In this document: piece by piece, positions 29,682 to 39,029 of the stretch
Layout: every line of letters begins with the position of its first letter
How positions within the stretch are numbered: the first letter of the stretch is position 1
Assembly: GCA_965228855.1 (NCBI GenBank)
Contig: CBDDIJ010000002.1
Span: forward strand, 1,920,001-1,984,000
Length of the DNA: 64,000 nt
From: Candidatus Obscuribacterales bacterium
GTDB lineage: Bacteria > Cyanobacteriota > Vampirovibrionia > Obscuribacterales > Obscuribacteraceae
Reading direction: 5' to 3'
Position numbers and translations under genes: made by a program
Notes under the pieces: generated by a model
The model's input: the letters and a program-made list of their open reading frames with translations, nothing else
The model's database searches: none
What the model was told of the DNA's origin: nothing

Positions 29682-30323
29682 ATGGAAGTCGAAATGACCG
29701 ATGAGGCCCTTGTCAAAAAATACAGACAAGCCAGGGACATGAATTCATTCAAGACCCTGGTGCGCCGATACCAAAATCGAATATTCAATTCGGCTTACCA
29801 CTTAATTGGTAACAAAGAGGAGGCTGAGGAGGTTGTGCAAGACACCTTCGTGAAAGTCCACCAGGGGATCGACAACTTTAGAGAAGACGCATCTTTTGGA
29901 GCCTGGGTTTTTCGCATCTCGCACAATCTTTGCATGGACATCTTGAGAAACAGGAAGAAGAGAGTTGCAATTCAAACTATCCCGATTCTGGCACGTACCG
30001 GTGAAGAAACCGATGGTGACTATGAAGCGGGAGTGGACGATATTGCCGATATGACTCTAGAGCCTGCTCAAGTTCTCGATCTCAAAGAGGAGAGCGAGAT
30101 CATAGAGTTGTCGCTCAAGAGTCTTCCTGAGGCTCAGAGAGCCGTTCTGATCCTGCATGACCTCGAAGGATTTCAGTATCAACAAATTGCTGAAATCATC
30201 GGAGCCAGCATAGGGACTGTGAGATCGAGGCTTCATTATGGCCGAATCAAACTGAAGGAGATGCTCGACGCGTATTACGCGATGAAGGGCAATCCTGTTA
30301 CTCCACCGATAACTCCAAGGTGA
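29682..30323 (+). CDS. ECF sigma-70 factor
   Basis: DEALV, AEEVVQDTF, FGAWVFRI, QIAEIIGASIGTVRSRLH. Start 29682 or 29694. Confidence 0.93.
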   Translation: MEVEMTDEALVKKYRQARDMNSFKTLVRRYQNRIFNSAYHLIGNKEEAEEVVQDTFVKVHQGIDNFREDASFGAWVFRISHNLCMDILRNRKKRVAIQTIPILARTGEETDGDYEAGVDDIADMTLEPAQVLDLKEESEIIELSLKSLPEAQRAVLILHDLEGFQYQQIAEIIGASIGTVRSRLHYGRIKLKEMLDAYYAMKGNPVTPPITPR

Positions 30324-31180
30324 TTGATATGAACGCTAATGATAATTGCCTAGACATGAGGGAGCTGATAAGCGCCTATCGTGATGCTGAGCTGGATGCC
30401 GACGAGCATCGTCGCGTTGACGAGCATCTGGCTTCGTGCTCCGGATGTCGGGAAGAACTCGCGACCGTCGAGTCGGCAGTCCGGAGTCTAAAAAGCCTCT
30501 CGCCGGTCAGGCTCTCAGTCGATTTCGCCGATGATATCGACGCAATCATCAAGCGCGCTGAAGCGAGCGGTGCTAGTGAGGTTACGGTGACGGAACCGAC
30601 TGGTATTTCGCCTTCAGCAACCGGTTCGAACGACGGTGCCAATGTTGTACCATTCAAGCGCAAGTCTCAAAAAGCCTGGCTCGCGGTAGCCGCTGCAATT
30701 ACGGTTTCACTGCTTGCCGCTGCCTACTTCGGCAATGGTGGAAGTGGACCGGCTGTGATTGCGGATAGACCGGACAATGTGATGGAATCCGTCGATCAGG
30801 CCGATGAGGACGAAATTGCCAGCTCTGACGACATTCCGCCGCTAAACGACGATAACAAGGACGCTTCGAAGAACGAGACTGTTGCTCCGGAAGTTGCCAC
30901 CGCAGGTGGTGTTGAGGTGAAAGCCAAACCCGACACCATTCAAGTTCAAAAGGAGAAAGCTCCTTCTTCTCACATGAAGGATGACAGCGTCATCGCTCAG
31001 GCTCCGAAGGTACAACATCCTGGGGTTTCCAGCGATAACAAAGGACCACGAACAGAACTTTTTGTTGACGATCTATCAGATAACGAGGCCCTGGTCGCTT
31101 TATCCGATTCGTATGACGATGGTGGTATCTTTGACGGTATCAGCACAGATGAGGACGGTCTCTATGCGATTAAGATGTAG
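30320..31180 (+). CDS. Zinc-finger (zf-HC2) transmembrane anti-sigma factor
   Basis: LISAYRD, HLASCSGC, single TM WLAVAAAITVSLLAAAYF; overlaps the sigma stop. Confidence 0.9.
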   Translation: MIDMNANDNCLDMRELISAYRDAELDADEHRRVDEHLASCSGCREELATVESAVRSLKSLSPVRLSVDFADDIDAIIKRAEASGASEVTVTEPTGISPSATGSNDGANVVPFKRKSQKAWLAVAAAITVSLLAAAYFGNGGSGPAVIADRPDNVMESVDQADEDEIASSDDIPPLNDDNKDASKNETVAPEVATAGGVEVKAKPDTIQVQKEKAPSSHMKDDSVIAQAPKVQHPGVSSDNKGPRTELFVDDLSDNEALVALSDSYDDGGIFDGISTDEDGLYAIKM

Positions 31181-31220
31181 GACGAACCTGACCGCAGATC
31201 GTGCGAAAGGGGAGAAGGGA

Positions 31221-32045
31221 GTGCGAAATCTCACTCTCTCCCTTACTACCTTGTCTTTTTTAGCAGCCGTCAGCCTGTCTCATATGCCGGCCTGCGCAGC
31301 GCCCGGCGATGATAGCAGTGCAAGCTCGACCATGTCTGAGCGAATCAGGAAGTACACGGGAGAGGAAGAGGCTGAGTCGGGGAGCGGTTTGCCGGCTGAC
31401 CGAATGCAGAGAGTTCGGGAAAAGCTTATGCAGATGCCTCCTGAGCAGCGCGAAAAGTTGATGCAGCAGATGCGCGAACGACGTGGCGCGAAGCGCGGCG
31501 CGAATTTTGGACCTGACGGTGGACCCGATGGCGGACCACCGCCGGATGGAATGGGACCGGACGACGGTCCTCCCGGCGGGCCGCCGGATGGCGGTCCAGG
31601 CGGGTCTCGTCGTCCGCGGCACTTTGGAAACGGACCATCAATAAAAGGTGGAAAGTTCTTTGGGCGTGAGCCTCTCGATTTAACGAAATTGAATTTGACG
31701 CAAGAGCAGAAGGCTAAAATTCAGACGATGCGCTCGGCGAACGGTCAGAAAGCGCGCGCATTGCATGCTGATCTGAAGCAGCGCCGCGAGAAATTTCGAG
31801 AGATGTTATTTGATCCCAACGCCTCGAATGATGACATTCTTGCAATGAGGCGCGAGGTCAACAAGCTACAGACCCAAGCCGAAGATCTGATGCTTACAGA
31901 CTTTCTGGGAATCAGAAAGTTGCTGACGAAAGAACAGATGGAACTTTTGCCGTCCATTCGGCCGCAAGAGCCACCCAGGCGAATGGCTAAACCACGCAAG
32001 AAGACTGGAGGTTCGGAGATATCCGGCCATGGCGCTGATTCATAG
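31221..32045 (+). CDS. Spy/CpxP family periplasmic chaperone
   Basis: GTG start after GGAGAAGGGA; signal peptide, G/P-rich linker, LNLTQEQ and LLTKEQ motifs. Confidence 0.85.
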   Translation: MRNLTLSLTTLSFLAAVSLSHMPACAAPGDDSSASSTMSERIRKYTGEEEAESGSGLPADRMQRVREKLMQMPPEQREKLMQQMRERRGAKRGANFGPDGGPDGGPPPDGMGPDDGPPGGPPDGGPGGSRRPRHFGNGPSIKGGKFFGREPLDLTKLNLTQEQKAKIQTMRSANGQKARALHADLKQRREKFREMLFDPNASNDDILAMRREVNKLQTQAEDLMLTDFLGIRKLLTKEQMELLPSIRPQEPPRRMAKPRKKTGGSEISGHGADS

Positions 32046-32049
32046 TCAG

Positions 32050-33210
32050 CTATTTGCCTTTTTTGCCGTCGGATGCCCAGTCCAATAGATAGCTGGGATC
32101 TTCTTCAGCTGCGTCAGGCGCAGAAGATGCTGCTGGTTTGGGTTTCTTCTTCTCTTTCGGTTTTTCGGCCGGCGGTTTGGTAATGCTTGCTTTCGTCTCC
32201 AAAATGAAACCGCTCGGTGGCGGCGGCATCATGCCGAAACCAGCGTTGAAGACTGGACCTGGCGGAGGTGGTGGAACGAGACCATTTTTCGATTTCTTAG
32301 AAGGTGCGGCGGAGGCAACGATTTGCTGCGGCTCGACCGGTTTTGGTTTTGACACTCGAACCGTCGGTGGTTCCTTTTTCGCTGCCGCTACGACAGGTTT
32401 TTCAACAGGTTTTGCTTTGGCGACCTTTGGTTTCGCCGGCACTGCAGGTGGTGCCTTTGCTTTTGGCTTTACGATCTCCTTGATTTCGATTTTTGGAGGC
32501 GAGACGTTGGCGACAACCGGCTTGGGCTTTGGTTGAGCCTTGGTCTTCGGTTTTGCAAAACTGTTTCTCCAGTTGGAAATATTAGCCATAGTCGCGGCAA
32601 CGGAATTATGACCCATGTTCCTCAGGTTGAAGCATTCCCAGGTGGCTGCGACGTTTGCGATCGCGCCTTCTGCCGTTCTGTGGCTGGCCTGGCTCATCAT
32701 GAATTTGACCATTGCCTGTTGGGCGATTGGCGAGCCGGGGCTGATCTTCAGCGCTTCTTGAATCTGTGCAAAGGCGTCGCTTGTATTTCCGCGCATTGTC
32801 AGCAAGTCTGCGTACTTCACCCGAGCCATAACCGAGTTCGGTTTTTTTGATACTGCTTTCTTCAAATAGTTTTCGGCGTTTTGAAACTGCCCGTCTTCCA
32901 GCGCTATCGTTCCCACTTCGTAGCAGAGGTCGGCGACGAAAGTGGAATCTTTGCCGTACGCGGTCTCTCCGGCCTGGATTGCGCGCCTGTAAAGGTCGCT
33001 GGCACCTGGCAGGTCGCCTTCGAGATATTTCTGAAACGCCGCGAGCCTGAGTTCTCTCGGGTCGCTGTCCTGCATCGCTGAAGGGAAAGCCCCTTCCGAA
33101 AATGCGGGTGCGGCCATGGTCGAAACAAGGAGTACGGCGGCGACTAGAGCTGATTTTTTCATAGGGCTGACTAACCCTGCTCGCCGGTTGATTAGTTTCA
33201 TCTTATCCAT
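32050..33210 (-). CDS. Secreted TPR protein with Pro/Lys-rich C-terminal tail
   Basis: Signal peptide; TPR-like helices (AENYLKKAVSKKPNS, AFAQIQEALKISPGS). Confidence 0.8.
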   Translation of the reverse strand: MDKMKLINRRAGLVSPMKKSALVAAVLLVSTMAAPAFSEGAFPSAMQDSDPRELRLAAFQKYLEGDLPGASDLYRRAIQAGETAYGKDSTFVADLCYEVGTIALEDGQFQNAENYLKKAVSKKPNSVMARVKYADLLTMRGNTSDAFAQIQEALKISPGSPIAQQAMVKFMMSQASHRTAEGAIANVAATWECFNLRNMGHNSVAATMANISNWRNSFAKPKTKAQPKPKPVVANVSPPKIEIKEIVKPKAKAPPAVPAKPKVAKAKPVEKPVVAAAKKEPPTVRVSKPKPVEPQQIVASAAPSKKSKNGLVPPPPPGPVFNAGFGMMPPPPSGFILETKASITKPPAEKPKEKKKPKPAASSAPDAAEEDPSYLLDWASDGKKGK

Positions 33211-33406
33211 TCTACGGATCTTTGAAACAATGTACAGGGGAAAAACGATAGTTTCTCTCTTAAATGGCGGCTTTCTTGCTAGAATTCCTTCTGCTTCAGT
33301 GTGCCTTACAGCTTTCGAGGCACCGTCCAGGCAGATTCGAGTCTGCCGCTGAAGGTTCAGTCAGTTTCCGACTCTGTCGGTTTAGCCAAATTGGGAACGA
33401 GGAATT

Positions 33407-34309
33407 ATGCGTCGCGGACGTCAAAAAGGCAAAGGTCAACATCAACGGCAGGAGCAACCTCGCATAGCTCGGGTTCACGAACCAGCTTCTTCTGCTCGGA
33501 TTTACATGAATCACGGTATCGACATCAACACCAATCTTGGTGAGGGTTTCGGTCACTATAAAGTGGACAACGAAGCGGAGATATTGCCGTACGTCACTTC
33601 CGCCAACATCGCCTGTGGCGCTCATGCCGGCGACCCCGTCCACATGGAAGAAGCGCTTGAGATGGTTCGTTATTACGGTCTGGCACTCGGAGCCCACATC
33701 GGCTATCCGGATTTACAAGGCTTCGGACGTCGCGAGCTGCATCTATCGTCGTCTGAGCTGAGAGCAAATGTTTTATTTCAGCTTGGTGCATTGAGCGGAA
33801 TGGCTCGTACATTCGGTTTCGAAATAACTCAGGTTAGACCGCACGGCTATCTCTATCGTCAGATGTCTCACGATGTGCGGGTTGCCACGATCGTCGCTAA
33901 AGCCATCGCCGAATTCGATCCGTGGCTCGTGGTAATCGGACCGGCCAGCAATCCGCTTCTGCAATCGGGCGAGAGAGCTGGAATACGAGTTGCTCCCGAA
34001 GCCTGGGTCGACAGAGTCTACGACGCCGACGGCAATCTTCTTCCACACACTCACAGCCGAGCCATTTTGAAGAACCCGAACGAGATTCTCAAACAGGCTG
34101 CCAATCTGATTTATAAAAACCAGGTTGTGGCCGTTGACGGAACGATCGTGCATCTCGATTTCCAGACGATTCACTTGCACGCGAATGTCCCGGAAAGCCA
34201 TTACATCGCCGAGGAAATCAGGCGGATGGTGCCGAACGCATGCGCACTGACTTCCGAGCCTTTCTCTGTTGAACAGGAAGACGGCGATCCGGAGTTGGCT
34301 TTCAGCTAG
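33407..34309 (+). CDS. LamB/YcsF (5-oxoprolinase subunit A-like) protein, divergent
   Basis: LGEGFG, TSANIACGAHAGDP, GAHIGYPDLQGFGRR, RPHG, DRVY; GAGG RBS at 33407. Confidence 0.85.
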   Translation: MRRGRQKGKGQHQRQEQPRIARVHEPASSARIYMNHGIDINTNLGEGFGHYKVDNEAEILPYVTSANIACGAHAGDPVHMEEALEMVRYYGLALGAHIGYPDLQGFGRRELHLSSSELRANVLFQLGALSGMARTFGFEITQVRPHGYLYRQMSHDVRVATIVAKAIAEFDPWLVVIGPASNPLLQSGERAGIRVAPEAWVDRVYDADGNLLPHTHSRAILKNPNEILKQAANLIYKNQVVAVDGTIVHLDFQTIHLHANVPESHYIAEEIRRMVPNACALTSEPFSVEQEDGDPELAFS

Positions 34310-34404
34310 TTCTACCGCTGGCGTGATACCGCTGGCGGTGTCATAACGCAACGAGGACAGTTGCCTGCCCTCGTTTGAATATCATTTCGGTTTGATGGCT
34401 GCTC

Positions 34405-34950
34405 TTAAGGAATTCGCTTGGAAGCGGGCACGATTTCGTCATACCAGCTCGCATAATATTCCGGATAGTCCTCTCCCGTAGTAGACGTCACTGTCTTCTC
34501 CAGTGCGCGTCTGATCGCTCGGCGACCGCCGCTGCGATAGCGTCTCAGCCATTCGAGCTCTTTCGGGTCGATGTCCACGCCTGCTTCCAGGAGCTCCTTA
34601 ACGATGAGAATTTCGTGGACGATGGCTTCCGTTTCTTCTTCCAGGCATCGGTCTACGAATTCCTGACGACCCGTTTCGCCGGGGACCGGGTCGATTGTCG
34701 GTCGGATGACCGCGTGCACAAACTCATGCGCGATGCTGATCAGTTTGTAATTGCGCGGACACCATTTTCCGATGTATATCGTTCGCTTCTTCCTGTCGTA
34801 GTACGCGCGGCAGGGACCGTTAACCAACCTGATCTTGACCCCATCCTCGCGGATGCGGTTCAGGTCGGCAACGAGCGTCGGGCACTTGGCCGCCGTCTCG
34901 ACGAATTTCTTGCCGAATTGTCTTTTTAGTCGTTTTACTGCGTCACTCAT
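34405..34950 (-). CDS. Putative zinc metallopeptidase (HExxH)
   Basis: AYYD...IYI...IAHEFVHA...EEETEA pattern. Confidence 0.65.
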   Translation of the reverse strand: MSDAVKRLKRQFGKKFVETAAKCPTLVADLNRIREDGVKIRLVNGPCRAYYDRKKRTIYIGKWCPRNYKLISIAHEFVHAVIRPTIDPVPGETGRQEFVDRCLEEETEAIVHEILIVKELLEAGVDIDPKELEWLRRYRSGGRRAIRRALEKTVTSTTGEDYPEYYASWYDEIVPASKRIP

Positions 34951-35250
34951 ATTTAATGTTAAATTCCTCGCTCTTCTGGCGGGGTTAAATTAATTCTATC
35001 CTATTTTGGGGCGCTTAGGAAGTGCTCTAAATGGTTGGTTGGCGGGACCTCTGAGCTCCTGCCAAGTGATAATAGCCGTTTTGGAGAACTTAAAATATTT
35101 CTCATATCAAACATTGACAGCCCGTTTGCCCTTTCAGCCTTACGTTTCCAGCGCTTAGAAAGGTCGTGAAGATTCGACTACTCGCCGTTTCGCTTTGAAA
35201 CGCCTAATTTCTCTTAGCGCGAAAACAGCTTTCTATTGTTGGACAAGAAC

Positions 35251-35301
35251 TGCGGGAAATCCTTGTAAGGGATTCCCGTGCCGACATAGGGTTTGCCCGT
35301 A
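35251..35301. promoter_or_regulatory. Three clustered 15-bp operator-like sites
   Basis: TGCGGGAAATCCTTG (+, 35251-65), CACGGGAATCCCTTA (-, 35266-80), TACGGGCAAACCCTA (-, 35287-301). Confidence 0.55.
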
Positions 35302-35379
35302 TGTCATCATAGTAAAGGTGTCACTGGCGCGGAAATTTCTCCCATCTTTGACGCTTGGAATCTCCTAAGGAATCTCGAT

Positions 35380-36663
35380 ATGTTCTCCTCAAGTAATGAC
35401 AGACCCTACAACGACCAAATGGATGAGCTTGTCCTGACAGAACTTCAATTGCCACTATTAGTCGTTGACGGTCGAACCGGAATCGTTGTGAGAGCGAATG
35501 ATGTCGCCCATCGCACTTTTTCAATCGAACGTCAGGGATGGCAGCCGCGTCCTCTGGATGAACTCGTCCCCTTCCATGCGGAGTTGAATGCACTCATTTC
35601 CGGCATGAGCGACGGCAGAGGTCGGCGGCCGTATGGCGCCTGCCAGCTCCAGTACAACGGCAGCGCATGCCAGGCGGTAGCGTCAAGGCTGGAAGAGTCC
35701 GGGGAGCAGATCTGTATTCTGTTTTTTCCGCAAACTGATGGCATGGGCGAAATTTCGAAGAGTCTGGCCGGATTGACTGGCAGTCAGCATGACGGTGGCG
35801 CAAACACCGTGGAAGCGTTGAATAAACAGCTGCACTTCGAGCGGATGGTGCGCCAGATCATGACGAAGGTCTACAGCTCGCTGGATAAAGACGCCATACT
35901 TCAAGCGCTGGTCGATAATCTGGGGCGAGCCCTGAAATGCCAGCGCTGTCTAGTAATCGTAGAGAACGCCCAGGCACTGCCGGTGGTGACACATGAGTAT
36001 GCTGAAGCAGACATCTCTCCTCTGGGTCTCGGGCGAACTGCCAAGTTCCCCGTGAGCGTGTTTGAGCGACTGCTTGAGGGCGTAGTTGCCGTGCCTGACG
36101 TCACGAATTTACGAACCGTCAAGGGTGTGATGCTGGAAGACGTGAATGATCTTCTGGACAACAGCGTTAGTAGCATGGCTGGAGTACCCATGGTTCATCG
36201 TGGTGTTATCCACGGTGTCATTGTCGCGCTGCAGCTCGGGCACATCCGAAAGTGGGAGGTGCAAGACCTGGACTTTCTGCAAATATGCGCGCATCATGCG
36301 GCCATCTCGCTTGAGCATTGTCAGAACTTGCAGCGCGTAAAAGACCAGCTGTTCAACGTCAACGTCTGGAGCAATTTGACTCAACAACTCACCTCCACGC
36401 TCGAGCTGGCTTCTCGCACTCCTCAGCGCGTTGCGGAAAAACCGTCGAGGACCGAGACTGGAGGCGAATTACCGGCGCTATCTTCTCGTGAGCTGGAGGT
36501 TCTGAAATTAATTGCCAGCGGTTTGGCTAATAAAGAGATTGCCAACCAATTATTTCTGACCGAATCCACAGTCGAACTGCATGCTTCCAGAATCCGGAAG
36601 AAGCTGAAATTGCGCAGCCGCACCGCACTTGTCAAATACGCCTGTGACCACGGCATAGTTTGA
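35380..36663 (+). CDS. PAS-GAF-LuxR HTH transcriptional regulator
   Basis: PAS-like start (PLLVVDGRTGIVVRAN), GAF (SSLDKDAILQ...RKWEVQDLDFL), LSSRELEVLKLIASGLANKEIA. Start uncertain (35380 or 35419). Confidence 0.88.
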   Translation: MFSSSNDRPYNDQMDELVLTELQLPLLVVDGRTGIVVRANDVAHRTFSIERQGWQPRPLDELVPFHAELNALISGMSDGRGRRPYGACQLQYNGSACQAVASRLEESGEQICILFFPQTDGMGEISKSLAGLTGSQHDGGANTVEALNKQLHFERMVRQIMTKVYSSLDKDAILQALVDNLGRALKCQRCLVIVENAQALPVVTHEYAEADISPLGLGRTAKFPVSVFERLLEGVVAVPDVTNLRTVKGVMLEDVNDLLDNSVSSMAGVPMVHRGVIHGVIVALQLGHIRKWEVQDLDFLQICAHHAAISLEHCQNLQRVKDQLFNVNVWSNLTQQLTSTLELASRTPQRVAEKPSRTETGGELPALSSRELEVLKLIASGLANKEIANQLFLTESTVELHASRIRKKLKLRSRTALVKYACDHGIV

Positions 36664-36703
36664 GCGCGATTGGTTAGTTGTGAAACCGCTGCTGGTTTGC
36701 AAT

Positions 36704-38032
36704 CTATAGCCTTGCGCGCGTTTTGATCTCCAGATACTTATCAACGATTTTGTCTGACAGCTCTTGAGGCGGGCAGTCGAGAATCAGGCATCCTCTGCGT
36801 TGCAAAACAGTCAAGGCCAGTTCGCGTTGCTCGAGCAGATCGGTCGCGACGGCGCGTCGATAAAGAGTGTTCATCACCGCTTCATTTGGTTCCGCTGAGG
36901 AGAAGGGCTGCTGTCGAGCGGCGTCGGTAATTTGTCTGTCTTTCAACGTTACGCAAAAGGGCAGGTGACGGCCGGAGAGTCCAGCGAGCGCCGCCAACAG
37001 TGCTTGTGAGCCTGTCGGGTCTGTAAGGTCAGTCAACAGGCATATTAAAGACCGTCCCTTTTGATTAGCAGCGAAATAGCTGAGCATTCCAACGTAATCA
37101 GGCTCCGTCATGCGTGGTTCAAGACTGAACGTATTCTCCAGAATGTTTTTCATATACGCTTTGCCTCGACGAGGAGGCAGGTACATCAGCGGTTTGTCTG
37201 CGAAGGCGCCAATGCCAACCTGATCGTTGTGACTCAACCCTGTCAGCGCTAAACAAAGCGCTGCGTTTAACGCGTGATCGAATCGGCTTAAGCCCTCCAG
37301 GTCGGAGACCATCATTCGCCCTGCGTCGAGAAGGATTAAGAGTCTCTGCTCTTGCTCGGCTTCGTAGGTGCGGAGTACGGGACGGTCTCTTCTTGCGGTG
37401 GCTTTCCAGTCAATCGCTTTGGTGTCATCGCCACTCGTATATTCTCTCAATGATGCGAAATCGGTTCCCTGACCTCGTTTGCGCTGGTGCAATTCTCCGA
37501 GTTCGGTGGACTGCGCCAGTTTTATCGAGAGATCGTAAAGCGCTTTGAGGTCGGAATAGACCTTAATCTGTTCGGTCTGTTTGTGAATCGCTTGGCGCCA
37601 AAACAATCCAAGTCGGCTCCGGTAGCGGATCGTCACGTTGCCGAAGTTGTAAGCGCCGCGGCGCTTTGGAGTCAATTTATATTCAAGTGTGCTTGAACCT
37701 TTTGAAGGTAAGTTGAATTCAAACAGCTCAGTGTCGCTTTCAATCTCCTGCGGAAAGTCGTCTTTGAGGCGAACGTGCAGATTGGCGGCACCGCTATTGG
37801 TGACAGTTATGATGACTGGATTTGAACGCCCGATCGACAGGCGGTCGGCTACGCTGCGACTCATTTCAAGAAAATTCGGTCGTTGAGTTATTTGATAGTC
37901 GATGATCAGGAGGACAAGAAGACCGACATTGTAAGCCGTTGCGACTGTAGCCAGCGCCGGGTGAAGCCCGGACAGGGCGTATGGTATTACGGCTAGTGCC
38001 AATAGAAAGTAGAGTTTCTTTGAGCCGGTCAT
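36704..38032 (-). CDS. DUF58 (vWA-like) protein
   Basis: GTDFASLREY, IDWKATAR, LLDAGRMM; adjacent to moxR. Confidence 0.92.
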   Translation of the reverse strand: MTGSKKLYFLLALAVIPYALSGLHPALATVATAYNVGLLVLLIIDYQITQRPNFLEMSRSVADRLSIGRSNPVIITVTNSGAANLHVRLKDDFPQEIESDTELFEFNLPSKGSSTLEYKLTPKRRGAYNFGNVTIRYRSRLGLFWRQAIHKQTEQIKVYSDLKALYDLSIKLAQSTELGELHQRKRGQGTDFASLREYTSGDDTKAIDWKATARRDRPVLRTYEAEQEQRLLILLDAGRMMVSDLEGLSRFDHALNAALCLALTGLSHNDQVGIGAFADKPLMYLPPRRGKAYMKNILENTFSLEPRMTEPDYVGMLSYFAANQKGRSLICLLTDLTDPTGSQALLAALAGLSGRHLPFCVTLKDRQITDAARQQPFSSAEPNEAVMNTLYRRAVATDLLEQRELALTVLQRRGCLILDCPPQELSDKIVDKYLEIKTRARL

Positions 38033-38039
38033 CTTTCTA

Positions 38040-39017
38040 TTAGCGAGGGACTGGAACTTGTCGCATCAGGTTATTGATGATCTGGGTTATGGTGACGCCG
38101 TCGAGCTCTGCTTCCGGGGTGAGAATGAACCGGTGCCTTAGCACTGGCTCTGCTACGAACTTGATGTTGTCCGGAGTGACGAAATCCTTGCCCTCGATGG
38201 CGGCGTGCGCCTTGGCTGCGGAGAGCCACGAGAGTGCAGCTCGGGGGCTGGCGCCCAGCTGCAGATCCGAGAGCGATCGCGACTTCGTTACTAGATTAGA
38301 TAAGTAGTCGATCACTGAGTCTTCGACTTTGATATTCGAAAGCTGCTTGCGGCAATCAATTATGTCTTGCGCGCTGGTGACGGGATCCGCCATCGGAGTG
38401 TGGCGATCATACTTTCCATTCTGCCAATTTCGCAACATCTGCTTTTCCGCGTCGCCTTGCGGATAACTGATTAGAATCTTGAGCATAAATCTGTCGAGCT
38501 GCGCTTCTGGTAAGGGATACGTTCCTTCGAATTCGATCGGATTCTGGGTCGCTATCACCATGAACAACTCCGGCAGAATTTCAGTTCTGCCTTCGAGACT
38601 GACCTGGCGTTCTTCCATAGCTTCCAGAAGTGCCGACTGTGTCTTAGGTGGCGTGCGATTGATTTCATCTGCCAGTAGCAGGCTCGTGAAAATCGGCCCG
38701 CGTTTCAACGCAAATGTTTTAGTAGTCAGGTCGTAAATGCTTGTGCCGAGAATGTCTGAGGGCAACATATCCGGCGTCAATTGGATTCGCCCGTACTCCG
38801 TTCCGAGAAAACGCGCCATGGTTTTAACCATCAAGGTTTTCGCGGTGCCGGGAACGCCCTCTAGAAGCACATGCCCATCGGCGAGTAGAGCGATGAGAAT
38901 CTGATCGATAACGAGCGGCTGTCCGACGATGACTTCGTTCAATCTGTTGCGTAAGCGCCCGAAGACATCGTTGATTTTGTCAACGACCACTGTCTCAGTT
39001 TTCACTTGTTCTTGCAT
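38040..39017 (-). CDS. moxR: MoxR family AAA+ ATPase
   Basis: GHVLLEGVPGTAKT, LADEINRTPPKTQSALLEAM, ATQNPIE, LPEAQLDRF. Confidence 0.95.
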   Translation of the reverse strand: MQEQVKTETVVVDKINDVFGRLRNRLNEVIVGQPLVIDQILIALLADGHVLLEGVPGTAKTLMVKTMARFLGTEYGRIQLTPDMLPSDILGTSIYDLTTKTFALKRGPIFTSLLLADEINRTPPKTQSALLEAMEERQVSLEGRTEILPELFMVIATQNPIEFEGTYPLPEAQLDRFMLKILISYPQGDAEKQMLRNWQNGKYDRHTPMADPVTSAQDIIDCRKQLSNIKVEDSVIDYLSNLVTKSRSLSDLQLGASPRAALSWLSAAKAHAAIEGKDFVTPDNIKFVAEPVLRHRFILTPEAELDGVTITQIINNLMRQVPVPR

Positions 39018-39029
39018 AATGTCTCCAGG

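Noticed and set aside
34313..34342. Resemblance to lambda CI operators, hinting at a prophage
   Set aside because: No phage genes in the window; kept only as a short repeat.
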